Part shown: piece by piece, positions 1 through 21,424 of the stretch
Layout of the letters: every line of letters begins with the position of its first letter
Numbering within the stretch: position 1 is the stretch's first letter
NCBI GenBank assembly: GCA_964035545.1
Contig: OZ037768.1
Span: forward strand, 3,380,741-3,444,740
DNA length: 64,000 nt
Source: Bugula neritina
Taxonomy: Eukaryota; Animalia; Bryozoa
Reading direction: 5' to 3'
Made by a program: the position numbers and the translations under genes
Notes under the pieces: model-generated
What the model was told of the DNA's origin: nothing
Databases searched by the model: none
Seen by the model: only the letters and a program-made list of their open reading frames with translations

Positions 1-31
1 TTTAAGTAACAAACCTCTAAAATCCAAATAA

Positions 32-634
<603 letters not shown>

Positions 635-1802
635 CACTTTAATTTTTATATTTTTAAGCTCACTAAATATTATATATTATATTCGTAATTATTTGTACAT
701 ACTAAAAGTAACTTTATACAGTATTATAATTATTGGATGGACATTTTCGCTAATCACTGAAAGATTATCTTCAATTTGTAGACCAATAAATCTCATTTTT
801 TATTTTTTGCATATATAATGTGTAGTAATATCTTGGCACTTATAAAAAGCAATTAATAAACACAGCCACGGGCTACTCATCATTAATGGCGAATGGGAAG
901 ATGTTTGATTATGCCTCAGGCAAACATATTAATTTGTTACAAAACTCACAGCTATAGAACACCATTAGCGTATAATTAGAGACACTTTCTATCTGTATTT
1001 CATAGTAATGATCACTAATAGAATATCAGATTACATGGTTATTACAGAGTCAATTGTCAGCTATTCCAGTGGGAATTGATCACCATTTCTCACCAACATT
1101 TAAAGTGTAGTCAGTGTTTGACAGTTTAATAAACAAAACAAAAAAGTTTGCTGCACTGGGATTCAAACAATTGATGGGCAAACTGGAGCCTGAGAACACT
1201 GCTATAAATATAATCACACAACTCGCTGTTAACAAAAGAATTTATTAATTATTTTAATGTGTATATAACAAAAGCAACAATATTTGAAAAGATGTCTAGA
1301 AGTTTATTGCATTATTTATAAATTGACAACAATATAATAACCATTATATATTCTTTGTCATTTAAACAAGATAAATGAATCACTGTTATACATGTCAGTG
1401 CAATTTGCAGTAGCCTACACTAAACACGTATTCCAATAACATTTCTACTCATGAAATTATATAAGCCATAAAAGAAATTAAAAAATATAATATGAAGAAA
1501 ACTGAAAATAAACAATTGGTTGTTATTAAATGTGAAGAGAAAACGAAACCTATTTACCAGTTGCAAGAATTAAATTGGTGCAACGAATTTTTTTGGAAAA
1601 TAACTTATTTTTAGTTCCATAAAGTATCTGCTCTAACATTAGCCATTCAGTAGGGAAAACTAAACTCAAAGGTTCAGGCATGTAAATATTAATTGGCAAC
1701 ACAGTCTGAGTTATTTCCAAATTCTAGCAATTTTAAACAGAATGCTGTTTCAGACTTGTGCAGTTGAAGAAGTAGAGAAGGGAAAGATTAGAAGCAATCA
1801 GC

Positions 1803-8429
<6,627 letters not shown>

Positions 8430-8479
8430 ATTTTCGTTTAGATTCAACAATCCACACCTTAAGTTATTTTGAAAAACTC

Positions 8480-8660
8480 ACCCTAAAACGTTATACTTAT
8501 AAAGATTACAATAGTGTCGGTGTGAGTTATGCTACGACTCTCACCAACTTCTTCCTCTTATAAAAATACCCGGAAGCCTTTAGTGCGAACCGGTCATTGA
8601 GAACTTTGGGGCGTTGAGATCGGTCCACTATAACTTCGGTATTATTTATATACTTACTGT
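8480..8660. promoter_or_regulatory. Probable promoter of Arp3, possibly bidirectional
   Basis: Locally CpG-containing patch just upstream of the Arp3 ATG, with an ETS-like CCGGAAG near 8569-8576; a + strand gene follows. Confidence 0.45.
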
Positions 8661-9317
8661 ATATATAAAGAAAAAGGAAAAATTGTCTCTGTAGAAATGC
8701 GTTCGAATTAAATAGGACAACTCAAACTCTTTACATGTATGCTATAACCTATTGATAAAATATTATTATGCAATGCTCAGTTGTGTTATAATACCATTGA
8801 TTCATTGTAGGAAACATTTACAAGTTTTATTCTTTCGCCTTTCAATGTATAATTCTGCTTTCATCAGCGCTGTTATCATTACACCAGCTCTTTCTAATCA
8901 CACTGCTTAGAAGATTTCATGTTGAAAATCAATCAGGGTAGATTCGCCATATTTTGACTATAATATATCTATATTATAAATATTACTATGCCACAATGTG
9001 TGTGTGGCATTGCCATTATATTTTGAATACTGCTAATGGAAATAATATGGTTACTCTTCAATAAGTAAATAAATGGTAAGTAATTGATTTGATTAACAAT
9101 ATTTTACACCTATTTAATTACATTATAATTTTATATATTATTCTATAGTGAAAAGGCTCTTTTTACAAAGATAGAATAACCACAAAATAGTTTTCTCTAA
9201 GGACTTAAGTTTTACTTATTGTAGGAACTTGAAATTTCAAAACGGTGCTCTTACAGTAAGGAAGGTAAAGGGTGGATCGGATGCCCTCCCGACTCCAAAA
9301 GTCATTCCAATGCTTCC

Positions 9318-12300
9318 ATGGTAAGTTTCGATCTGTAGTTGTTTCATGGTTTTGTGTCCGAAGATAACAATGATGTGCATACGCTGAGCAAGTGCACAAG
9401 TACCAATAGAAGGTGCTATTGTGACTCAATATCTCTACTTTTATAGTTCAAAAGGCTATGTGACAAAAGAAAGCAGCAGAAAACAAATCAAATGCAACTG
9501 CAGAAATTTATGGAAACAAACAAGGTATCATTCAACATTATATTAAATACAACTTGTTTAATAAACATTTCCATTTACACTTTTGTATTGTATAAAGATT
9601 ATGTGATTTACTTTATTGTAGATGAGTTTTTGAACAAAAATTTTAGTTTTTTGTTTTTTTTTCAGAATGCTCATCATCTGAATCCATTTTCTTCCTTCAT
9701 TTATGAGCTAGATCAGGTAAAAACTATGTGGTGATATTTTCAAACTCTGTTTATCTGTGCCCAGGAACTATTAATTGGTTCACTTACTGTACATGCATTA
9801 AATTGTAGTGCATTTTGTTCAACATGGCTTATGATTCGAAAAGCCTTCAAACATTGTGGAAAGTGAAAATAATATGAAGCATCAATCAAATATAAAATTT
9901 ACATCCATTTTTGTAATATATTAATTGAACTTATACTATATAGCAAAAGCCAATTTACCTATTTTAATGCTTTTTTATACTTGCTCGTTTGCTACGTGTA
10001 AAAAATTCAACTGTCATGTTTGTGTTTAAAACATGAAGCTATTATTAGTTGAGTAATACCACCCAGTCATAGATTTGTTATATACAGTGACCAGTACAAG
10101 TAAGTTCAAAGCTTTCAAAACTTTACATAGATATAAATTTGATGTAGTCAATAATTTGAATGCCATAAGTTATTAATACTGGTCTAGACAAATTTATAGT
10201 AACTATTTTCCTAAGTTTGTTACAACCTTTTCAATGCCTGTTGCTAACCAACTATTATCCCAGTTAAAATGAATACTCTATTCACAAAGTTAATATAATA
10301 TTATATAATTGAGTACCACATATTATGTTATAAATATTCATAACAATCTCAGCATACAGTGTTAGTCAACTAACTACAACGTGAAAGGAAGTTTATAGAA
10401 TATTGCTTTATAGGTTTTGATTTTTTTTATCAAAACCTAATGCAAATGCAGAAATCAAAAGCTGTAAAGGGATTGAGCTTAACATGAGATAAATTGAGAA
10501 GCAAAGCTTGATCGTGCTGTTTAGGAATAACATCATAATCAGCAGCTTTGATTTCTTTTTCTTTAATTATTTTTTTTTTTGGTTTATTTCTTTTCTCGCC
10601 AGCCCTTTCAACTTCTTCCCAAATAAATAATTAAAATCAAATTAGAATGAGAATACAACTCTCAATAGTTTGATTTATTCAAGATGGTATGTTTGCATTG
10701 ATTATTTTATCAGAGTTAAGATTTGAAGCACTAACAGCTACTAACTGCAGCTGATAGAAAATAATAGATATGTTATAACTATTTTCATCAAATGAAATTA
10801 AGTTACAGATGCTATGTGAAATAACTCAGATACTTTCTTGTTCTTAAATTTAGAGAATTGTAAATGAGAGTCACAATAATGAGAAAGATAACAGCCAAGC
10901 AGATGAAGACCTAGTTGATTTAGATGTATGTATTTGTACCTCTAAACCGGAGTGATATAGACTGATATACGTTTACTAAACTTACAGTTTGGTGATATAT
11001 CCAATGTATTATAATGTACCATATATAATGTATTATAATAATTATGTATCATATATGATATGTTATAATGTACACTAATAATATGTATCGTAATGTATAT
11101 TATAATATATAATATTTGTTTTAATACATCATATAATATATCCAATTATTTATTATAATATATCTTGCATATTATTTTAATATATTATGTTACAATATAT
11201 CATATAGTAGGTTATCACATATATGAGATATACCATAATTATATTATGATAATCTACCATTATTCACATACTTTTTCAAGACAGCTATATAGCTGTTGCA
11301 ACATACATCTTAAAATTGTTATTATGATTTAAAATTATGTTTGCTTAATAAAATTAATAAGAGAATAATAACCATGAGTCGTGTCAACTGTAACAATCTT
11401 CTGACTAAACTAAAAAGTTTTATTAAACTTTTCGTCAGCAAAAGCAATGTGGAAATAACATTTTTGCTTTAAGCTAAACTATCGATCTTTGAATATCAAT
11501 TATATAGTATAAAACAGCATTTGTGGTTATGTAGGACCTTGTAAACAAACAGCCATTGATTTCCAGTCCTTTCAGCCAATCAGAGCGGATTTACCATCTC
11601 GACATGTGGAAGCCCCCAAGGCATTACTCCAGGTATGTGTTTTTGCATTCATATAATATTCATATATGTTGTAATGATTCATATGATTTCATGCATTGAT
11701 GTAATATTATGCATATAAATTCATATAGTAATTTCATATATTGATATATGTATGTAAAATTCATATAATAATTTTAGATATTGATATATGTATGCGAAAT
11801 TCTTATAGTAATTTTATATACATACATACTTCTAAATTTACATTTTAAAGAATTAGGGTTTTATATTGTATAAAGAGTTAGAGAAATTGCAATAAACATG
11901 TTTTCTTGAAATTTCAGAGCGGAAGTTGAGTTTGAAAAGCCACCCAACACCAAGTTTGCCAGCTTTACATCTTCAGCGGCTTTAGTGCAGAGACTGCAGA
12001 AAATTCTAGAAGAAAAAGAGAGAAACAACAGTTTACTGAGAAAACATTTGTTGAAGATTCACAAAGAAAGTAGTATTTTGGCAGAAGAAGTAGCCAGGTA
12101 TATATAGTAGTTTACCAGAATATAGTTGTTGTTAAAAACAGCTATACAATCTGCATTTTTCCCTTTCAATTAATGTAAGATTCTGCTGGGGCTTATACTA
12201 TGTTACAGATAACCATAGTCATTATAAAATAAAATATAAACATGTATAAAATACAATAAACAGTATAAAATATGATGAGAAATGATATAAAATGTATGAT

Positions 12301-13334
12301 GAAATTAACATAGAATATAATATTGTATACCATTACATATAGTACGGTTATTTGTTGCTTGTAAACTTTTGGAACAGATTTCTTTATCTTCCATTACAGA
12401 AACACTTTAGTAGGTAAATTGCCAGTTATTATATTTCCCTGATGATAAAGAGAGGTAATGCAGCATACTAATGTCATACTAGTATAATATTATTACTTAC
12501 TATGAAACATAGTAGCTCTATAAATCACTTGTTGGGAAAATTGATTCTCTTATACCAAATATTAAGCTAGCATGCATATACTATTGCATTGCAACTGAGC
12601 TCAAAACATAATACGCTCTATAAAAATAAATATTATATAGAATATATTATTGTTGGTTGAAATGTAAAAGCTATGCTTAGTTTCCATTAGCCTAGGGCCA
12701 CACTGTGCGTATTTTCGCATGCGAAAATTGAAATCACAAGTAGCAAAGGTGTCCACTGTACGCGTTGAGAAAACATTCGCACTTGTCGCTCAGCATTCTC
12801 AACGCAAGTGCGAATTGTCACCTAATTGGCTGGTAGTTATTAAGCGAGCCCAATTTCTTTATTTTAGTGCTACATTCCAGTAAATTGGTGTTTTATTAAA
12901 AGCGAGTGCGATTTAAAAATGAAAGCTTTATTTATCACGCATCACTGACGCTACAGTGGACACCTTTGCTACTTGTGATTTCAATTTTCGCATGCGAAAA
13001 TACGCGCCGTGTGGCCCTAGGCTTAGTGATGCATGTTCTATATAAATTTAGAAGAGAGAGGCCGGATGGAGCTACACTGTATCGTGAAAACAGTCTACTA
13101 AAAGATCAGCTAGAAAGATGTCTACGAGAAAATGCTTTGCTCCGAGGACTCTACATGCAATCTACCAACACTGCTCTGAAAAAGTTAAAAGAAACTGAAG
13201 AGCTCAATAGCAGATTTCAAGTTCAGAGTCGTGTGCACTCGGCCCCATCAAAGATTTGTCCCCGGATGGTTTTAAGGCAGAAGATGAGAATGAAATCAGC
13301 GTATCCAACCAGAAAGGGTTTTGCAGTCAATTAG
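9318..13334 (+). CDS. Uncharacterised protein with coiled-coil-like segments; start uncertain
   Basis: Phase-consistent exons 9666-9716 (NAHHLNPFSSFIYELDQ), 11535-11632, 11918-12097 (LVQRLQKILEEKERNNSLLRKHL) and 13052-13334 (LYRENSLLKDQLERCLRENALLRGL). Candidate start ATG|GTAAGT at 9318-9320. Confidence 0.65.
12690..13022. mobile_element. Non-autonomous MITE, PIF/Harbinger (Tourist)-like, 333 bp
   Basis: About 70-bp near-perfect TIRs (gcctagggccacac..gcgtattttcgcatgcgaaaattgaaatcacaagtagcaaaggtgtccactgta and its reverse complement), flanked by TTA at 12687-12689 and 13023-13025. Confidence 0.9.
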
Positions 13335-16282
13335 TCGTATGTTATGTGGGAATATATTGTTAGAGCAATGTTGATTGGCTATTAATTCTACCTAGTCAAT
13401 ATAATGTAATCTATATTAATATTGGATATAATGATTTTATGTGCAAATTGAATCATTTTGTTATTTAGGAGGTTGATTATGGGAACACTTTATAGAAATT
13501 GGTAAACAAATTACATTGATGATATCTTGCATGTCTAGAGTATCCATTAACCATTTGTATGTAGGCCTATACCAGGTACACATGGACTACTTTTTCAGCT
13601 ACTCTGTGAAAAGATAGATGTAGTTTGTTTTCTGTAAAACCTAAATCATCTAACTGAGTGACACAAGAGCAAGGTGAGCTTAATACAAAAACTTTTCAAT
13701 TTTCGTTTAAGTTTAGTTGTTTCAAATTTCCAATGCCTATTTTTATTGCTGCTCATTAAATTGAACTTTGGTGTTAAATATAAAATAACTACAAACCTGT
13801 TATATGCTGTCTTAATTATTGAATTTAAAGAAAATGTTTCTCCACCCACAACAAGAACTATGCATGTAACTTCAGTGAAATTAGTTTTTTTGTATACAAT
13901 TGCTCAAGTATAAAACATATACACTCGTATTAACTTACATACAGTTCCATTACCATAGTTGTAGTCTACATTTTAGCTGCTATTAGTTTCCTGTAGTTAT
14001 CTTTCCTTATGTTCTACATTGTACTCTATTTCATATAATTTTAGTTTTTTCCAGAAATGCTTTACTCCATGTTTTAAAGAAATTAAAAATAGTCTAGAAA
14101 CGATCTTAGCATCTTGTATACTGGTGTTAATGGTTCAGCAGGGAATGAAAATCTGTGTTCTATACTTCATGGGTTATTAAGATGAATTGCTCTATAAGCA
14201 GCTCTGAATTGACTGAGTGCAATATTTTGAAGTTTTTCGTGTTTGGAGTTGGGGGGGTTTATATTGGAACTTGGAACCCCCAACTCCAAACTCAAGAATC
14301 CAAAATCTACTGCACACAGTCACCCCAACTCGGAGCTGCTTTCTTAAAAGATTCTAGTCAAAAGAGATTTCAACCTGGGAGAACACAATTCATTTCTCCC
14401 ATAACATCAATTGCACCATGAGATAGGCGTACTCCTGGTGCAGAGGCTATCAAGAGCTGTTGACATGTGTACACAACTCTTAAGTAACAACACAGTGTAG
14501 TGTTGGGAGTATCACGTGTACATCTTATACAAATAGCTTTAGCACTTTTACTTTGTGAGTATAGCAGATACATACATATATACCTAATATTGTCTCTTTT
14601 CTGCAGGCTTTAATGTATCGTATGCCTGCAAGGTAAACTTTTCATGCATATATTATTGCTAACCTTAAAAAGCATCTTCACCGATGAATGGAGTGAAGTA
14701 AACAACATTAAACTGTTCCGCAGAGTTCACTAAAAGCATTGTTGATTTCTTCATAAACAAACTAAGATAAACTTGCAGTAGAAATTTCATTGTTCTAAAA
14801 AGCAATGCTGTAGATACAACAAACTGCAGCCTGCATATAGCCAACGGAAGCTATTTACATTACCTCAACTGCAATCAGGAAATTAGCCAATAGTTTAATT
14901 TTTCCCAGATTATATCTTAGAAGCAATAATATAATTTATGTTATTGTTTGTGCTATAAGTCATTGTTAACATTTTCACTAATAGAGCGTTTAGCTCTTTT
15001 CTGGTGGCATTCATATTAAGCCAATAATGATAATAATTTACACGAAGCTCTGCAAGTTACACGCAGGCTGTGGGAGGGTTAGGTAGTAGGAGTAAGCTGT
15101 TGATTGCATGCATAGATTAGCCTTCTTCACCTCTGCGTTTTGCACCAAGGTGTGCAACGTACTCTGATTTCAAACCTTTCATAAATATAGTCTGAATCTG
15201 GAAGTTGAAAAGCTATGGCAAAGCTGAAGTATCGCAGGTACGTGCTAGTAATGTACATATACTTGTGTACGTGGGGTTACTAAAGAAAACTGCGCTAATG
15301 TGCTGAGGTGATCCCCAATCATCACTCATAGCATTAGACGTTTTGAATGGAAAGTTGTATAATTCCTGAGGGTATCTTGCAGATGCATAAGATGTAGCAG
15401 ATTTAGACGGTGTGTTTATTTGAGGCCTATTATACATACAGATATAGTATTGGCATCTACACACGATATTAGCGTTTGGTTTATTTACGCTACAGTATAA
15501 TGTACAGCAACACAGGTGTGCACTGCGGTGGTACTCATCGTGTTGGAAATAAGTGAATAATTCTCAGAGTGAAAGTATACCGGCTGTGATATACAGAAAG
15601 TAGTTATTCTTTCAGATTCTGTGACATACACAGATAAAGAAGAAGTTTCAAAATGGCGGAAATGGCTTATTATGCGTAAGTAGTTATTTTTAACTAGTAT
15701 TTCACACAAAACACGGCTTTAGTTTGCAAAGTAACTTGCAATATAATCATAAAATAGCAATCAAGATTTCAAATTTAGATGTATCTATAAGTGTTTGGTT
15801 GCAAATAAACTATAGATAATATTTTTCCAGCATAGATAACTTCTCATAATAGGTAATAACATAATTTATTATTTCATTTACATTCAACTATACTGCCAAT
15901 ATTTGAAGTCAACTTTTTGAATTCTAGCTAGTAGTAAAATAATGGCACATCTATAGACTGCAAGACTCTAGGTGGATAAAAGCTGATTATCAAGACCAAA
16001 AAATTTATAACCATTTGGTCTTGACCTTTTGTTGACCTTTATAGTTATGCTATGAGATATTATATAGCTCACTGTGTTAAGAGACTGATACTATTAAAAT
16101 ATGTTTAATTTAAAATTTAAATCATTGGGCTATGATATTATATAATACATTCTTGTACGTTGTACTTATTATAGAAACATAATAAAATAGTTACAGCTGT
16201 ATGTTATAAAATCACTATGTATAGCCATGTGCTCTACAACACAATGTTTACAGTGTTTCTTGTATCTTTATTCTATGTGTAC

Positions 16283-16565
<283 letters not shown>

Positions 16566-19500
16566 ATTATTTTACTGACTTCCTATGCAACTATTAGATG
16601 TTGATCAACACTATAAGGAGTATAAGTTTGTTACTATAATTATATGGGTAGTTACAGCTCTAATTAATTGTTATGCAACAAATATTATATTAACCTTTGG
16701 GTATAATCTGACAAATTATGGCCCATATTCTAGTAGTGCTAGTAGTCTGACAATTAGCCTATCAAGCTGTAGACTATACAGTGTTTCATCTTCAGTATAC
16801 CAAGTAATCACTCATAATTTGATGAATATACAACCAGAATTGTATTGCTCTGTATTATAGTGTATATTATGTGTATTGTAGCAAATTATTTGTTTCTTCC
16901 GCACACACACACATGCACACATGCACACACGTACACCATACACCATATACTATTTAATTATTATACTGGACTTGAGAACTTTATAATCATTATATAGAAT
17001 ATACGGAATATAATTAGCAAATTTCAAATTTAAATTATAACAATGCATTATTTTTTACTTATTGTTATATTATATAGCTAACCTTATGTAATAAAAAACA
17101 ACTATTTTGTGTAAGAATTATTTCCTACTGTAGCAACTATACATAACATGGTAGTTATTATCGACATGGAATAGAAAGATGCAGCGTACAGCTGCCATTC
17201 TGAAGGTGTTTACTATCTTACACTCTATTTATTATTCAAGTTGCAGTTGTGAGGTCACAGCATGTATGCTACAATGTCCAGAGATCTTCCTGTATGCTAT
17301 TGGCCAATATACTGACTTATCAGATTGAGTTATTACTGAATTCCCATGACTTTCATCCCCAATTGACTAAATTCTTGGAGTTAGTTGACACAATAATATA
17401 CTATTGTATATTTTGTCCCATTGAATAAAAAATAGCTACTACTATATGTTTTATATATGGTTTACTTAGAGTTAACCTACAAAACATGCACACATTGCCA
17501 GATCTCTTGTCTCTACATTAAGATAAACAACAAGTATTTAAAAAAATGAGTTTTAATTTAATAGCAAACCACATTCTGGCTGTTTGGTACACTGTAGTTT
17601 CCTTAGTCTGCCAGATAGACTCTGGTCAGCCAATCAAGTGCCCGGCATTCTGGGTAATGTGTACTGTTTAAGATTTTCGTCCTGTATAAAGCATGACACA
17701 ACCTACTGCTATTTTATCACAGTAGTATCATGAGTTACACTAAAACTATGAAGCTACCTTCTCTAGTTAATGACGAAACCTGCTTATTTTATTACTCAGT
17801 TAATCACAAGTGAAAAACTATTTTCTTGACCATGTAAAATTGTGTTGAATAACTTGTCTCATGAAAGTTTTCTGTCTAAACTTCTCAAACTATTATCATG
17901 TTTTAAACGAGGAGCTCAACTTCAAAAACAAGTAGTTTTAAAAATTGTATCCATTTTGTGATGGAAAAAATGCGAGCAATAAATAAAATAAAGTGCAGTT
18001 AGTGTGATAGGTGTAAATAATGTAAAAAAATCGGTGTTATTGAAGCTGCTATATGACAAAAAGTCTTAGAGCGCCTTTAGATTTCAATACAATTTGCTAC
18101 TGTTGACATTTGGTATATGAATGTAATTGCTTACTGCTACACCATGCACTGAAGGTTTAATGGTTTTCCTAATACATAGCAATACACTTTTCAACAATTA
18201 TAGCTTCTTAATTGCTAATTAATATTATGATTGACAGAGCAAACATATTTTATTCACTGTGTACATTGTTGCAGTGACAGTGACTAACAAGTTATTATAA
18301 TACCATGGATAAATAATTTCTTTTGAAATTTACATAATTAAATGAAAAAAATCACATTTACTAGTACATAGATTAGTAATTATTAGTTGACTCCAAGTAT
18401 GCCTGTGTAACTGCAACTCCAAGCCTCGGGTTACGTGATTATTTAACTACACACTGGGATGAGTTAGTACGCCCCCTTGAGTCAAACTGCAGAAGCAATA
18501 AATGTAGCTCCATAGCTTTGCATGACTGCAACAGAATGCAAAGAGCATTGTAATTTACAATATCAAGCTTATGATGGGCAAATGTATGAACTAAAGAAAA
18601 TATAGCTGTTTATTTGGAGTTTTCTGCCCTTCATTGCTGTATATCCTCTTTACTTTGTAAAGTGTGTCTAGTATCACTGAAATGTATTTCGCTTTTGTGG
18701 TTGCTATGAATCATAACTTAGTTCCTATAATTATCTGAAAAATATGAAAAATAAGATTCATTACTTTTAACAATACTACTATTATGACTCATTCAAACTC
18801 AAATTGATACACTTTGTAGCAAATACTATAGTCAGCAATTAAATACTTGAGCAAAATGATGCAATTGTCATGTATAAGCATCACACATTTATTTTAGCAA
18901 AGTGAAAGTATTTGTTTTAAATAAAATGTTTACAAAATAAAAGTTTATTTATATACATACTCATCATTCTCATTTACAACTAAGCATCTATAATTAATAT
19001 GAGTGTTGAAGTCTGAGCTATTCTTCATTTACTAATTGCGTAGAGTAAAACAAAACACGCACAGGTAATTATAACTATATGCAGTGAGTTAGTAAGTTAA
19101 TTACTATTCTTTATTTAAGAATGGTATAGTTTATGTTATTAGCCAATGATTTGAAGATGTCAGATGTTTTGAGTGTTGGTATAATGTACAGGCAAGGTGC
19201 ACAGTAAATATGAATTATAAACTATCTATATATATAATGCACGTTATACATTCTAATGCAACATGGTAATTACAATATATTAGAATATAGACGTATGTAA
19301 AAAATCTGAGCCTTAAGGTATAATAGGCATGTCTGCCAGCCGTTTGCACTGTTCAACACTATAAGCTCTAGAGCCTTGAGTTGGCGCAGGTTTTTTCAAG
19401 CACCTTGCAAGTACCTGAACACTAAACTCAATGCAACACATACTAACAAGCTGTTGAGAGGTGCTTTACTAGTTGAATCGTTTTAGGCTAAACAGTTTTT

Positions 19501-21424
19501 AAGTTTACTAGTGGCAAAATACGACGAGGTTAGCTGAGTATCTACAAAGACACGTCATTTCTTTAAAATATGTGACTGATATTTAGAGGTATATTTAGCA
19601 TCGTGGGTTGTAATATTAGCCCTGTTCACACTGCACAATGCCGTTCTATAGGTAAGCTTTCTGTTTTATTATCTCTGCATTTTTATTGTGTCAACCATTT
19701 TATTAAATAATTATTTTCAGCAACACGTGTTGACCTTAGGGGCTACACCGTAGGTAGTTGTTCCCTTATACCATGATAAGGTAGTCTTTACGTTCTAGTT
19801 TTGTTTGTATTTTTCCATAAATTTATTACAATATAACGGTATTAATTTAATTCAAAATAGTTGCAGCTGTAGTGTTTAATTGGTGTGATATTTATTTGAA
19901 TTATAATGATGAAATAGTATATAACATACAAGGCTTACAGTAGCAACTATCATGATCATCAATGTATGCAGCTTAATATGATATTAGTAAAGCAGACTAA
20001 CATATTAAGGACCGTTTTATATTATATTATATCATCTTGTATTATACTATATTATGTTATATTATATTACATCATATTATAAACTATTATATTATATTGT
20101 ATTCTACTATATTGTATTATATTATGTTATGTTATGCTATGTTATATTATATTATAACGGCAGACATTTTTAACAGATGATGTTGCCTGAAATGTTTGGA
20201 GTTGTTGTGCCACACAGAAGCACAATTTAACCTGCCCACACTGTGTTCTGTATTCAATGACCCCCCCCCCTCCCATCAAGTTATTACACTAATATTATAC
20301 ATGTGGTCAGCTGGGGACAATCTCTGTTCTGTAATTGGTCAGTATCAATCTACCCAGGGGGCAATTAGGTCATGGAGTGAAAGGGACTCTGATTGTATTT
20401 ATCCTGTATCACAGTTTCACTGATCCTATGAACCTTAAAACAGTTTTCTCAATTTTTTGCTAACAAAAATTTATAGAAATTATGTGGATCAGCTGAGACA
20501 AAATTAAACTTACGGCTATATAACTGTTTCACATAGATTGAAAAATATCCTATGTTTGTGGACAACCTACATTACGCAAAAAATTGCATCATTTTATCAA
20601 AGCATTAATCATGTTATAGAGTTTTAAACCCAAAACCTTTCCTCAACCTGTTTTTACTGGCTTACAATTTTTGAATCTTAACTTTTACTTGTTTAAAAAA
20701 GTCATGTTTTTGTACTTGCTTATATAACTTATAATACTATATATTTGTGGTTTTATTTAAAACACGCACATAATTGTAGTTTGATTTAAATTTTAAATAC
20801 CCTCTTTGATAACATAACTCTTTTTTTGAAAAAGGAATAATTTGCGCTGGAGCATTCGTTCACTATTACACGCTTGGTTGCCGAGTTAGCCAGAAGATAG
20901 TACTGACATAATATGCCATCAAGTGCACTGCATGCTGCCTGTCTGGATTATATATCATAGCTGAGACTCGGTGCTGCCGAGCTAATAGATTTGATATCTG
21001 GCATATAGCATATGCAGTGTCTCCTCTAAACCGGTTGTAGACATCGATTAAAAGAGGTTTCAGCATGTGAGATACTTTCAAATAACACTTTAATCTTGTG
21101 TCTGAATAATGCAATATTTTTCATGCAAAATTTATTATCAAAACAAGCAAAAAGCATGACTTGCTGATGGCCAGTAACATATATGACTAAAACCAGTAAC
21201 TTCGTTCATAACAGAAGAAAACGCAAATGTGTCGATACACTCGTAGGAGGCCATTTGCTGAATACTAATGGCTATCACGAAGAAATTGTATTCCATTAGA
21301 AATGACAAATTTGGTAATAATCAAATTAATATAAATTACCAACTCTCTGTGGGTTCGTCATTAGAGGAAATGAAAGGATGGCATCTCAACTTCAGAACGA
21401 CTGTATAGTCCACAGAAAGCAGCC

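Noticed and set aside
12906-13051. N-terminal part of the 142-aa ORF
   Set aside because: Derived from the MITE right arm and intron; the real exon most likely starts at 13052.
20420-21110. Possible dispersed repeat or transposon remnant upstream of innexin 1
   Set aside because: No TIRs, target duplication or second copy can be shown within the window.
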